Shown: positions 36,311 through 46,611, counted from the stretch's first letter. The stretch is DNA of 64,000 nt from Tortispora ganteri (GCA_003707115.1 PPNB01000012.1:1-64000), one strand, 5' to 3'. Notes: generated by a model from the sequence alone, not told the origin. Made by a program: numbers and translations.

Positions 36311-36445
36311 TTTTAATCATCATTCTGCGCGCACACAGGTTCAGCCAGCATTTATACATAACACTACACACACATATATATATATATATATATACAGCGA
36401 GGATTTTCTTATAATAAATACAAGAAAAAAAAAAAAAAACGACTT

Positions 36446-36548
36446 GGGGCTTTCCCGGGTTTGATCCGGGGTCACCTGCAATTACGGTCTGCCGCAACTG
36501 AGCTTCGCTTAACCCGAAGCAGGCATACTACCACTATACTAAAAGCCC
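36446..36548 (-). tRNA. tRNA-Pro(CGG) with ~32-nt intron (36481-36512)
   Basis: GGGCTTT/AAAGCCC acceptor with C73; D arm GTAT-AGTGGTA-GTAT; anticodon arm CCTGC-TTCGGG^T-GCAGG; T arm CCCGG-ATCAAAC-CCGGG; long oligo-T terminator just downstream (A run 36425-36439 on +). Confidence 0.88.
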
Positions 36549-36807
36549 TAACCCAAATTTCTCAGTAAGACATATACTGAAAATCGTACAAGATTATGTG
36601 CTTAGAATTATGTATAGCTAAAGTATAAAAACATAGTTAATAGATTATTGTGCCTTTTAGAGGTATTTGCAAAAATATATATTTATTTAGATGATTATTC
36701 ATAAAATTATTGCTATAGAGTACAATATGTGTAATAAATCTTGAGAAAAGCGTATGAAGATCATAAGAGGAAGTATTCTTCCAGCATCTTATTGCTCGAG
36801 TAGACAA

Positions 36808-37719
36808 TCAAGAACTCTTTAGAGCCATTATAGCGATATTGTTCTGAATTTCTGGATTCATTAGAGTTTCTGTTTGGTACTGTAAACTAGCTTCGTACGC
36901 GGCGTTCACAGTTGAATCAGAGATTGGAGCTTCAAAAGCAGCCAGAGCTTTTATGCAGCAGGCATAACGGGCTATTGACGATCGCGTGATAGGAGGAATA
37001 TATTCATTTTCATCGGAATATATAGACCATTGAGTTTCTTCTTCCAAACGAGTAATGGCCGGGGTATCGACTGCGGAGGGCTCTTCAGTCTGTTTCGACA
37101 GCCAGATCATACCGTTTATTCCAACAAGCATATTGACATTCGACTGTAGAATATGAGTATACGATCTGCTTCGAACTATAAGCTGTGATGGTACAACTAC
37201 TAGAAACCCATTTCTAAGTTTGCCATATTTCAAAGATCGTGTGTGCAGATGGACGGTGCCATGACCAAAGACGCCTTGGACTTCTGCATTGAAAAGATCA
37301 CCTTCCTTCAGTAGCTCCCTCATTTGGATTTCATCAGATTCAGATTTCCGCCGCAAAATACCGCCTGGAAGATTTATCGATCCAAGCATTAAAGTGCCTG
37401 CCTGAGCTGCGCCGATTTCGACTTTCCAACGTTTAAGACCAACTTCTATGACCCTTCCTATGACATGATCTCCGACTTCCGGCTGATACCTGCCCTTTAA
37501 CGGCCGCACACTGATCAGTTTATTTACTCGGGCCACCGTACCGGCCAAAGAGGCCTTAATCCCGCGAGTATCGGTGAATGTGCCATGACCCTTCATCCAG
37601 GTGACTTCCTCGGTGACCACCTCACCGGGCGTCACTACCGCATAGTTTTTGTAGTCATCAGAGCCATCTATTTCTAGAGAGTTTAAATTATTAGATTTCT
37701 TAGTAACTAGAAGCGACAT
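36808..37719 (-). CDS. RRP4: Exosome complex S1/KH subunit Rrp4
   Basis: VVTPGE..WMKGHGT, RYQPEVGDHVIGR, NLPGGILRRKSESDE, LHTRSLKYGKLRNG. Confidence 0.95.
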   Translation of the reverse strand: MSLLVTKKSNNLNSLEIDGSDDYKNYAVVTPGEVVTEEVTWMKGHGTFTDTRGIKASLAGTVARVNKLISVRPLKGRYQPEVGDHVIGRVIEVGLKRWKVEIGAAQAGTLMLGSINLPGGILRRKSESDEIQMRELLKEGDLFNAEVQGVFGHGTVHLHTRSLKYGKLRNGFLVVVPSQLIVRSRSYTHILQSNVNMLVGINGMIWLSKQTEEPSAVDTPAITRLEEETQWSIYSDENEYIPPITRSSIARYACCIKALAAFEAPISDSTVNAAYEASLQYQTETLMNPEIQNNIAIMALKSS

Positions 37720-37882
37720 GGGCTTGATTGTGGCTGTGTTTAGCGTTTTGGCTGGCTATTTTGGTGGAGGGGAGTAAGGGTAAAAATTGGGATGGGTGAG
37801 ACAAGCGAGATAACTTGCTTAGGAATAGGCTTAGCAGGTGTCGACACGACACAAACAGACTAAAGAAAACCTGATATAAGAG

Positions 37883-38974
37883 TTAAGATGTTTTGGCCAT
37901 ATATGACGCGGCTGCCAGCACGCCCGGGAGCTCTTCGGAATTCAGCGAAGTAAAGATACCGAGACCAAAGACTAGGGCGACGATGGTGATAACGCCGACG
38001 GTGACGAAGAGTGCGAATTGTGGAGCATAATCGATCTTCTGACAAGCGTTTCCTGCCCAGTAAGTTCGCTGCTTAGATGTGGCATTGTATGTAGAAGAGC
38101 AGGCACATTTCCAGCAGGTGCCAATGAAAGTGCAAGAACCATGACCGCTGCAGTTGGTGGTTCCTGCATTGCAGTCAGACTGAGTACCGAAACACCAGCT
38201 AGACACTAGTTGCAGAGGGGTTATAGGCTGCTCTGTACTAGTATTCGCTAACCAGTTATATTGTTCTGTCTCAATTTCCTGGGATTCTTCTTCGAACTCA
38301 GTGTACTCGGAAGTGTCGGCGACATTAGCGTCTTCGACCTCTATGGCGTACTCGTTAGAGCGTTTTGTCGGCTGCGACCATGTTTGGCCAAGGCCGATGA
38401 ACGCCAAGGCGACGTTTTCGTATTGGGTAACCACCTGACGAATCCATTCTGAAGGTTTCTGCATAACTTTTGGCGAGTTTGCACGCACAACGAGTAAAGA
38501 GCTTTCACGGGTATAAAGGTTTGATAAAGCTGACTCAAGGACGGATTCAAAGGAGTCTTTTTCGTAGTCTAATGGAAAAGAGGCAAGAATCTGTCCATTG
38601 GAATCACTATATTCATAGTATAGACCCATATTCTCTAATGATTTCAACACTGATTTATCAAAATCGGCGCCCTGTTCGATGGCTAAACTGTAAGATCCAG
38701 TCCATGCAAACTCTTCGGCTCTAGGACAATCATCAACGGTAACAATTAGTTTCGATTTCTTCCCTGAAAACGGCATCCCTACAAATTCTGCGTTCAAAAC
38801 GTCTTGAAGTTCGTCCGTGTATAGGCTTTGGCTTTGGCCTAAGAACTCGCCCAATGCGCTGGCGCCGCTCTTGCTCGAAACAATCTTTGAATCCCTGAGT
38901 CCAGGATAAAATCCAATGAAAGACGATTCAACAGCACCGCTTAATGCTAAAATTCCACCAATTAGCAACCGCAT
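37883..38974 (-). CDS. Signal-peptide type I membrane protein with DUF3844/Vps3844 EGF-like C-terminal domain
   Basis: N-terminal signal; CFGTQSDCNAGTTNCSGHGSC..CWKCAC..WAGNACQKID, a TM helix, then EELPGVL. Confidence 0.8.
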   Translation of the reverse strand: MRLLIGGILALSGAVESSFIGFYPGLRDSKIVSSKSGASALGEFLGQSQSLYTDELQDVLNAEFVGMPFSGKKSKLIVTVDDCPRAEEFAWTGSYSLAIEQGADFDKSVLKSLENMGLYYEYSDSNGQILASFPLDYEKDSFESVLESALSNLYTRESSLLVVRANSPKVMQKPSEWIRQVVTQYENVALAFIGLGQTWSQPTKRSNEYAIEVEDANVADTSEYTEFEEESQEIETEQYNWLANTSTEQPITPLQLVSSWCFGTQSDCNAGTTNCSGHGSCTFIGTCWKCACSSTYNATSKQRTYWAGNACQKIDYAPQFALFVTVGVITIVALVFGLGIFTSLNSEELPGVLAAASYMAKTS

Positions 38975-39167
38975 CGTCCTTGTTAGTAAGTAAACAAAAG
39001 AGAAAATTCCGCTGGTGGTGGTAGATGTGTGTGGTTAAAGCAGAGATTAAGCGTTGGTGGTTGGTGATTGGGTGGGACAGCTGACTTGCGCCTAAGACCG
39101 TCGCGGGTGCTCCATCTATATTGCCCTTAATCGCGCAGTTTCCTGTCTTTTTTATATTGTTCTATTA

Positions 39168-41225
39168 TCATTTCAGGTTATTAAATGCGCTGGATAATGG
39201 GGACTGTCCTTGCACGGGTTTGTTGTTGTATGCGTTAGTGGCCAGCAGCAGGGCATCGTCTATAGATCCAGCCAACTGTACCTGTGCCTGGACATGACTC
39301 GCTAATTTGTCCGCAATATCTGCTAAATCTGCATCTCTATGCTTATGTGTGACTTTGATCTGATCATAAAGTCGATCCTTCAGTAGATCAGCTTCTCTTT
39401 CTGGCTTTGCCGCATTGTCTGTAGAAAGCATTTCAACTATTTTGGCCAATGTATCCTTCTTCTTATCCTTCTGCGGCAAAAGCATAATATTCCGGGTTAA
39501 AGTGAGCTTTTTAGGCGTAGGATAATGTCGTAAAATTACGGGTACAATGTCTTTCCAGTCTTCTAAACTTTCGATCCTCAAGTAAACGCATAGTCTCGAT
39601 ACTCGTTCAAATGCAAATAGCACCAAACAGCTTATATCTTTCGTGAAAATCCGCCGCATATCGACATCCCACGTATGGAATAGCTCGCATGTTGGTTTGA
39701 TAGTAGCAGTATCGTTCGGCCGTTCCAGCATCCCGGACCCAACAAGCCGCGAAAGAAAGTCGGCTACTTCGTTTTTCTGCCCTGATTGAAACTGAATTGT
39801 TATATCAAACTCATTCAAAATAGCTAACTGACCTAGAATATTAGGATGAACACTTTTCAGATTATTGAACCACATAGGGACGCTAATGTAATCGGTTCTA
39901 AGTATAATGCGAGAGCCTTGAATGATCTCGCGCCACTCAGACAACGCTAGCCGGATAGCTTCCTGTTCCCAATACTCATTAGTCGAGCGCTTCCAGGAAG
40001 CCGTTTGCATAGGTTTTGAAATAAATGCAATAGCAAAGAGACTACTCTCTTTGGGATGCAATGAGTCTTTACGTGCTTTGGACTGAAAAAGAGCAGCACC
40101 ATATCCAAATTGTGAAGCATCTGTGCTTATATAAAACATGCGGTTTGGATTAGGCGAACAAATGTATGGTAGATTTTGAATAGATTGGCTAAATCGTGCA
40201 GCAGACTTGCGGGCAGAGTTGTAAAGCTCATCGATCTTGACTTTTTGCTGTGAGGTTGGTTTCTTTGGCAGTGTCGGCTGTTTTTGGATCAGTTCCAAAA
40301 TTGGAGCGGTCATACTCTGGTATTCAGGGTACCCAGATACGACAAATTGCACAATGTTCCAGTACTTGCACCATTGAGGCATGTTGTGTTTCGCAGGAAT
40401 AGGAAGTTGAGCAATAACGTCGAGTTTCTCAGGGTTAGCTCTATACCCTTGCTCAGAAAGCGTGAATCCTTCCAAAGTAATAGATGGAGCTGCCCAGCAG
40501 GTACCGTTTTGTTTCAAAGCGATGCCGTGTAGTTTGAGGCTCTCGGCAAGAGATTGAATGTTCGTAATGTGCTCTTCGGCTTTCTTTGAGAAGACCACGA
40601 AGTAGAGATACCTGGATCTGGCAAAAGATTTATGATTCGATACAATTAGTTTCGACAGCTTTTCCACGGTAGTCTGCGTTTTAGGAAACCCGACTGGGAG
40701 CACGTTATGGACGAAAGAACGACCGCCCACGGAAAAGGCTGTAAGTTCTCTCGAAGACTGTAATATCGGGAAGGCTGACTTTTCCATGTCAATGACGAGT
40801 TTAGCAAATATTCGAGAAGACGGAATTGTTCGAAGGACATTTTGGATAGGTGGATACGAACTAGTTGGCTGATCGATTAGCAGATCGAGATTTCTATAGT
40901 CAAACAGAGGTGACGTTCTTCCAGGTGGTAGGTTTATGCCGGAGTCCCATTCGCTGCTGTATTCGCTTATACGGCCTAGTTTAAGTTCATTATCAATCCA
41001 TTTGGCGATCGTCGGGACGGAGTCTACCTTGCTAGAATCACGCGAAATGTATGATTTCTGCAGTGGGTCTTTCAAGTGGATAGCGTGCTGGACGGGTGAA
41101 TGTGACGGGTAAGGCTGAACATCAAATATCGAAGGATGAACAAAGGTGGCAGATTTAATACATTGCTTTGATATCCGATCAAAATTATAGCTTGAATACC
41201 AGCGCACATTTTTACAGAGAAACAT
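39168..41225 (-). CDS. Ty3/gypsy Pol-derived protein (degenerate RT + RNase H + degenerate integrase core) with putative mitochondrial presequence; no Gag, protease or LTR
   Basis: RT-like: VQHAIHL, WIDNELKLGRI, DYRNLD, TAFSV, LPVG, EEHITNI, ANPEKL. RNase H: TDASQFGYGAAL, IAFISK, WEQEAI, RTDY, NEVADFLSR. Integrase-like: FHTWDVD, YPTPKKL, AYNNKP..SP. Uninterrupted 685-aa ORF. Confidence 0.85.
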   Translation of the reverse strand: MFLCKNVRWYSSYNFDRISKQCIKSATFVHPSIFDVQPYPSHSPVQHAIHLKDPLQKSYISRDSSKVDSVPTIAKWIDNELKLGRISEYSSEWDSGINLPPGRTSPLFDYRNLDLLIDQPTSSYPPIQNVLRTIPSSRIFAKLVIDMEKSAFPILQSSRELTAFSVGGRSFVHNVLPVGFPKTQTTVEKLSKLIVSNHKSFARSRYLYFVVFSKKAEEHITNIQSLAESLKLHGIALKQNGTCWAAPSITLEGFTLSEQGYRANPEKLDVIAQLPIPAKHNMPQWCKYWNIVQFVVSGYPEYQSMTAPILELIQKQPTLPKKPTSQQKVKIDELYNSARKSAARFSQSIQNLPYICSPNPNRMFYISTDASQFGYGAALFQSKARKDSLHPKESSLFAIAFISKPMQTASWKRSTNEYWEQEAIRLALSEWREIIQGSRIILRTDYISVPMWFNNLKSVHPNILGQLAILNEFDITIQFQSGQKNEVADFLSRLVGSGMLERPNDTATIKPTCELFHTWDVDMRRIFTKDISCLVLFAFERVSRLCVYLRIESLEDWKDIVPVILRHYPTPKKLTLTRNIMLLPQKDKKKDTLAKIVEMLSTDNAAKPEREADLLKDRLYDQIKVTHKHRDADLADIADKLASHVQAQVQLAGSIDDALLLATNAYNNKPVQGQSPLSSAFNNLK

Positions 41226-41340
41226 CTAAATGGCAGTCACCATCTCTTGAATCACAAAAGTGACGAGGTTCGCAGGGTAAGTTCCTGGGAGTAAATAAGG
41301 GACTGCGGGTAATCACCACAGGTATCAGAGGACCAGAATG

Positions 41341-41749
41341 TTACATGTAGAACTCACTGTACTTGCGTGTATAGTACACAGTGGACACAATCGACAATAC
41401 AGACAAACTAACCGGGAGCGGTTTACGGGTTTTAATGGCTCGCGGAATCGAAGAGCCTCCTAGAAGCACGGAGGCAAGTAGAGCAGTGTGTATACCGTAC
41501 TCCTTGCCATTGTGCATCAGGTATCCTGCAATACCGTAAATAACGCCGACACCAAGTCCGCCGATAAGAGACGGAACAGATCGTCGTCGTCTATAGTTAG
41601 TGCCTGAAACTGGCTGCCTAGTTGATGAACTTACATGTATCCAGCGGTGCCACCTATGGCACAGAGTGCTGCTAATGTGTATGCTGGGTGTTCCTGGTAT
41701 TAGTATGAATACAATATGTTATTTCGCCTAGACTACAAGTACTTACCAT
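41341..41749 (-). CDS. TMEM14 family small membrane protein (exons 41749-41747, 41693-41635, 41590-41341)
   Basis: Missed by the ORF track. Two GTAAGT..ACTAA(T/C)..AG introns; spliced product MEHPAYTLAALCAIGGTAGYIRRRSVPSLIGG...KPLP...YYTRKYSEFYM. Confidence 0.88.
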
Positions 41750-41940
41750 TGCTACAGTTATAGTGTTATTCAAGTAGAAATTGGCCAAAAAGTGAACGGA
41801 ATCTGAGTTTATAAGTGTTGACAGCAGCGGCACTAGTGTATTGTAGTTAGCCGGGTAACCGTCACAAACTATACAACGTGGTGGAAGCCACCGCAACGCA
41901 TCGAGCGATTGCCCAAGCAAAAGCGAAGAAAGCGAACAAA

Positions 41941-42357
41941 ATGAGCAAAAGAATTACGAAAAAGACTTCGAAGGAGCCAATCAGCATCAGTAATAGTAGT
42001 AGCGCTAATGCGCCCAAGTCCACAAAAACGTCCAATGCTAGCTTGTGGGAACAGTTTACAGAAGCGTATTCGAAGACAGACCGCCGATTGATGCAGATTG
42101 ATATGTTCATGGGATTTACTGTGATAGTCGGGGTAATTCAGTTTTTATTTGTCGTTGTCGCTGGAAGCTATCCGTTTAATGCATTTTTAGCTGGATTTGC
42201 TGCTGCAGTAGGTCAGTTTGTGTTGTTGGCTGCTTTACGGATACAAACCGACCCTGCGAACCAAGGTGAGTTCTCTAGCGGTCCAGGTCGTGCCTTTGGC
42301 GACTTCGTTCTCGCGTCGCTCGTTCTTCATGGGTTTGCGTATTCTTTTATTAATTAA
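41941..42357 (+). CDS. OST2: Oligosaccharyltransferase subunit Ost2/DAD1
   Basis: IDMFMGF..GVIQF..GSYPFNAFLAGF..VGQFVL..LRIQ..RAFGDF..SLVLH..FIN. Confidence 0.93.
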   Translation: MSKRITKKTSKEPISISNSSSANAPKSTKTSNASLWEQFTEAYSKTDRRLMQIDMFMGFTVIVGVIQFLFVVVAGSYPFNAFLAGFAAAVGQFVLLAALRIQTDPANQGEFSSGPGRAFGDFVLASLVLHGFAYSFIN

Positions 42358-42577
42358 CGACTTTACGTGCACATTTTTGATGCCCACGAGATGTAGAAAT
42401 GTAGAATGGACAACTGAATACATAAACCTACTAAACCTATATGAAATCAGGGGGGTTTGCCCGTTCTTATAACTTTATTTGCCGCGCAAAAGTTGTTGTT
42501 TTGGCTTGACAACACACTCACCCCGCTGCTAACCACACTCCTCCTAGGAAACCGATCAAAACAAAAGCATCGAGAAT

Positions 42578-43183
42578 ATGAGTGACGAAGAGCAATCAAC
42601 CACGGTGCAAGCCGAGAATACAGAGATTCCCGGTGATGATTCTGTCAATGCAAGCATGGGCGGTAATACCAGCGGAAATACGGGTGTGTTTTATGAAATC
42701 AAAGACCAAGATAGATGGCTTCCCATTGCTAACGTTGCGCGTATAATGAAGCAAGCACTTCCCGATACTGCAAAAATATCGAAAGAGGCTAAAGAGTGCA
42801 TGCAAGATTGTGTATCAGAATTTATCTCTTTTATAACCTCTGAGGCCTCTGATAAATGCTTGGCCGAGAAACGGAAAACTGTCAATGGAGAGGATATCTT
42901 GTTTGCAATGACTTCGCTTGGGTTTGAAAACTATGCTGAAGCACTAAAGATTTATCTTGCGAAGTATCGCGAATCGCAAACTCAAAAAACTGAAAGGAGC
43001 GATTACCAGCGCCGCCAGACTGAAGCTGACGACATTAATGCTGCAAGTTCCACTCATGACCCTTCTGTCGTGAACGCGGAACAGCCCACGTCTTCTTCGG
43101 CGGTGGCGGTCACTGTGCCTGAACAGACAGCACTGGACGCAACTGCAGAAATTTATGACTACCCACAGTCTTACCAATACTAA
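42578..43183 (+). CDS. HAP3: CCAAT-binding factor subunit Hap3 (NF-YB)
   Basis: [52 protein letters not shown]. Confidence 0.95.
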   Translation: MSDEEQSTTVQAENTEIPGDDSVNASMGGNTSGNTGVFYEIKDQDRWLPIANVARIMKQALPDTAKISKEAKECMQDCVSEFISFITSEASDKCLAEKRKTVNGEDILFAMTSLGFENYAEALKIYLAKYRESQTQKTERSDYQRRQTEADDINAASSTHDPSVVNAEQPTSSSAVAVTVPEQTALDATAEIYDYPQSYQY

Positions 43184-43680
43184 ATGGAAAGAATTATAAT
43201 GGGTATGATGAGCTGGCAGCGCGCAAAATTAAGACCGCTGCTAGTTTGTTTATATTTGGGAAGTAACGATGGGTTTTCGGCCAGTACTAAACGCTCAACT
43301 GCGGCCCTTGCTTTCCTCGTATAATGTCTTTGGTTGATTTATGAAACTGGATAGTTTCATTGTACATTACACAATTTTTTGTTAACATGCTTTCTAGAAT
43401 TGTTTATAGAGAGCTTTCTTTGAAGAAAGCAATATACGCGCTGCTAGCAATTGACTCTTACGGCTGAAAGTGGTAGAGAATCTCGTGGGTGGGGAGGGAG
43501 GCAAGAAGGCAGATGAATCTGTACACTTTATCAGCTAGGCTTAGCATTAGACAACGTTATTACATTTTGGCGTAACCTAACTTGATCGCAGCTTTTTCTG
43601 AACAAAGCAGCCAATATATATTGGAATATTCATATCGAGTGTAAACATAATTCATTTATTCTCTATCTTCCTTCTGACCA

Positions 43681-44904
43681 ATGAAGCGTGTAGTTAACAA
43701 ACTGTCCTGCCAGCCCGAATCGTATCAGCGGCGGCACAAATACGTATTTGGCAAAACGTTGGGCGCGGGAACGTTTGGTGTAGTTAAGGAATGCATGACT
43801 TCTGATAAGAAGAAGTACGCGGTGAAGGTTGTCTTGAAGAAAACGGTGCGCGGAAGAGAGAAAATGGTTATAGACGAGCTCTCTATGTTGCAAGCGGTGG
43901 ACCACCCGAACATTATCTCGTTGATCGATTGGTTCGAAAGCAAGGACAAGTACTATATTGTGACGCAGCTAGCTACGGGTGGCGAGTTGTTTGATAGAAT
44001 CTGCAAAAAGGGCAAATTCACTGAGGTCGACGCCGCTGATACTATGCGTGAAGTCATACAGGCCGTTGCTTATCTGCACAACGAGAAGAACATTGTTCAT
44101 CGTGACCTGAAGCCGGAAAATCTGCTTTACCTTACGCCCGACGAAAAGTCTCCGATTATGATTGCGGATTTTGGAATTGCAGCTGTGCTGGCACCCGGCG
44201 ACGACGATTCGCTGACAACTATGGCAGGCTCCTTTGGCTATGCAGCACCGGAGATAATACGCCGCCAGGGTCATGGCAAACCCTGTGATATATGGTCCCT
44301 CGGCGTTATAACATACACACTTTTGTCTGGATACTTGCCGTATAATTCAGAATCGGAATCCGAGTTTTTATTTGAGGTGGAAGCGGGCCCAGTGACGTTT
44401 CACACGAAATACTGGACTGCTATTTCGCCTGTCGCCAAAGATTTTGTCTCTTTGGCGCTGCAAGACGATCCCAAGAAGCGAATAACGAGTACGGAGATGT
44501 TGGCGCATCCGTGGCTGAACCAGAGCGCTCGTACGAAGGCGCTGCCACAAGAAGATCTTCTGCCTAATATCCGCGAAGGGTTCAATGCGCGCAAGAAACT
44601 GCAGAAGGCATTTGAAGCAGTGAGACTGGCGAACAAGATGAAGATGCTAATGCTTGCCGACGAAGACAACGACAGCGAGTTCTCTGAATCTAGCACTGCA
44701 GAGACAGACAAGAGTTCAGCCTCTACACTGGCAGTTGATGGGTTTCTGGAGATTCCTACGGGATCTGAACGATCGCGGTCGCGGTCGCCCAGCCGCGGCA
44801 GCGGGATGAACATGTTCAGGGAAGTTGTTGTTTCTGCTACCAGACTGGCGGCGATGGAGGCCGAAAACAGCACTAAAGCTACGGATACGTCGAGCGATCA
44901 GTAA
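43681..44904 (+). CDS. CMK1: Ca2+/calmodulin-dependent protein kinase (Cmk1/Cmk2 type)
   Basis: QPESY..Y.FGKTLGAGTFGVV, HRDLKPEN, DFG, AGSFGYAAPE, and the CaM-binding FNARKKLQKAFEAVRLAN. Cmk1 versus Cmk2 not resolved. Confidence 0.9.
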   Translation: MKRVVNKLSCQPESYQRRHKYVFGKTLGAGTFGVVKECMTSDKKKYAVKVVLKKTVRGREKMVIDELSMLQAVDHPNIISLIDWFESKDKYYIVTQLATGGELFDRICKKGKFTEVDAADTMREVIQAVAYLHNEKNIVHRDLKPENLLYLTPDEKSPIMIADFGIAAVLAPGDDDSLTTMAGSFGYAAPEIIRRQGHGKPCDIWSLGVITYTLLSGYLPYNSESESEFLFEVEAGPVTFHTKYWTAISPVAKDFVSLALQDDPKKRITSTEMLAHPWLNQSARTKALPQEDLLPNIREGFNARKKLQKAFEAVRLANKMKMLMLADEDNDSEFSESSTAETDKSSASTLAVDGFLEIPTGSERSRSRSPSRGSGMNMFREVVVSATRLAAMEAENSTKATDTSSDQ

Positions 44905-44987
44905 GACATTAAAAAAGGCGGAATCAGTTATAGTGGTTGTTGCAACGAGGCAGCGTAGCACGCCCAGTAAATTGTAGGAGTGAGGTA

Positions 44988-45433
44988 TTATATTCCTCTG
45001 CGCTTAGCGAAAGTGTCTAAATCCTCCTTGACGGCGACGCCGAGGACGAATTTGCGGTCGGCGTCGGTGACGATAGCCAGTTCGTTTGATTCGAAGAATT
45101 TATCGAGATCCTCGAGCGGGGAGTCGGGCGTGATGGTCCGGAAGGGCCTGGACCGGCTAAATTTTGTCATAACGTCTTTAGCTGGGGTGGAGGGGTCGCT
45201 GTTCTCGCGCAAATAATCTGCGGTAAGAAACCCCAGGAGTTTGCGGCCATCTACTACGGGCACGTAGGAGAACTGGCGCTCATAGCTGAGTTCGAGCGCT
45301 ACGCCCAGGGGGGTGTCTTTTTGCACGGTGAACGCAGGACCCAGCTGTAGGTCTTCTACGGTTGCCTGTAATGTTAGTTTATATGTACCAATAGCCAATC
45401 GCGGTGCGTACTTACCCCGCGGTAGTCTACCAT
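44988..45433 (-). CDS. Small tandem-CBS-domain protein (intron 45366-45415)
   Basis: ATG at 45433 gives MVDYRG | gtaagt..actaac..cag | ATVEDLQLGPA..FSYVPVV..KLLG..ITPDSPLEDL..AIVTD..RKFVLGVA..DL..RRG. Confidence 0.8.
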
Positions 45434-45525
45434 TAGGATGTGCGTGGCGGCGGGGGGTGTCTGTGTGGTAGAGTGTAAGTTTTTCGCCCGACGACCCACG
45501 CAAACTTCGACATCCACTTAGCGCC

Positions 45526-46611
45526 ATGGTTAGGCAAATAGCGGTGTTAGATAACCATACCGACAGAGTGTGGGATATAGAGCAGCACGACAGTCTGCCA
45601 CTATTGGCGTGCGCGTCTGCAGATAAGTCGGCGAGCGTGTTACGGGTACCCAGATCGCTCACTTTGCCCTGGACGCTCGTAGAGACGCTCACGGACACAC
45701 ATAAGCGCAGCGTGCGTGCGGTTGCCTGGAAGAGGAAAGACGCCGTGCTGGCCACGGCGTCGTTTGATGCATCTGTTGGGATTTGGCAGCCGGAGGGCGG
45801 TGAGGACAGCCATACATGGGAGTGTCTTGCAACATTAGAGGGCCATGAGAATGAGGTGAAAGACGTTGTTTGGTCGTGCTCTGGTCGGTACATCGCCACT
45901 TGTTCTCGCGACCGTTCTGTATGGGTATGGGAAGTCTTTGCCGAAGAGGAGTCCGACCTGGAGTTTGACTGCGTGGCTGTTCTACAGGAACACACGCAGG
46001 ACGTCAAACGGTTGGCCTTCAGTCCAATAGAGGAAGACTTGCTCATCTCGGCCAGCTACGATGACACTATTAGGGTATGGCGCGAAGACACAGACGGCGA
46101 GTGGTCCTGTGCGGCCACTCTGACTTCGCACAAATCAACTGTCTGGGGAATTGACTTCGAGCCACCCACTGAGTCGGCCACTGTTCCGCGATTTGCATCT
46201 TGTTCCGACGACCGTACCGTGCGAGTGTGGATTCGCGAGACGACCAATGCACCTGGCGCTTTAAGTACCGGCGAGGAACTCAACAATAATACACTAGGGG
46301 CTATGCCGTCTTCGTTCCGCACAGATCCCTGCCATGAAACGTGGTCCGTGCAGTGCGTGCTCCCCGAGGTGCACACCCGTCCAGTATACTCCGTAGCTTG
46401 GGGGCCTAAAGGAATTGCTTCTGCTGGCGGCGACGGCCTGATATGTATATACAAAGAAGACACCCCTGGCGTGTGGTCGATAGCCCAACGCATACCGCAG
46501 GCACACGAAGAGTACGAGGTTAATGTCGTCGCATGGGGCCAAGTGAATGGCCAGACCGTGTTGTATTCTGGCGGAGATGATGCTAAAGTCCGTGTGTGGC
46601 TTTTTGAATGA
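45526..46611 (+). CDS. CIA1: Cytosolic Fe-S assembly WD40 protein Cia1
   Basis: HKRSVRAVAW, LATASFD, LEGHENEVK, ATCSRDRSVWVWE, LQEHTQDVK, SASYDDT, YEVNVV. Confidence 0.95.
   Translation: MVRQIAVLDNHTDRVWDIEQHDSLPLLACASADKSASVLRVPRSLTLPWTLVETLTDTHKRSVRAVAWKRKDAVLATASFDASVGIWQPEGGEDSHTWECLATLEGHENEVKDVVWSCSGRYIATCSRDRSVWVWEVFAEEESDLEFDCVAVLQEHTQDVKRLAFSPIEEDLLISASYDDTIRVWREDTDGEWSCAATLTSHKSTVWGIDFEPPTESATVPRFASCSDDRTVRVWIRETTNAPGALSTGEELNNNTLGAMPSSFRTDPCHETWSVQCVLPEVHTRPVYSVAWGPKGIASAGGDGLICIYKEDTPGVWSIAQRIPQAHEEYEVNVVAWGQVNGQTVLYSGGDDAKVRVWLFE

Noticed and set aside
39168..41225. Active or recently inserted LTR retrotransposon
   Set aside because: No LTRs, PBS, gag or protease, flanks too short, and RT/integrase catalytic motifs lost.
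44988..46046. 352-aa ORF overlapping CIA1 antisense
   Set aside because: Only the last ~125 codons are real (CBS protein, spliced to an ATG at 45433); the rest is the CIA1 shadow.
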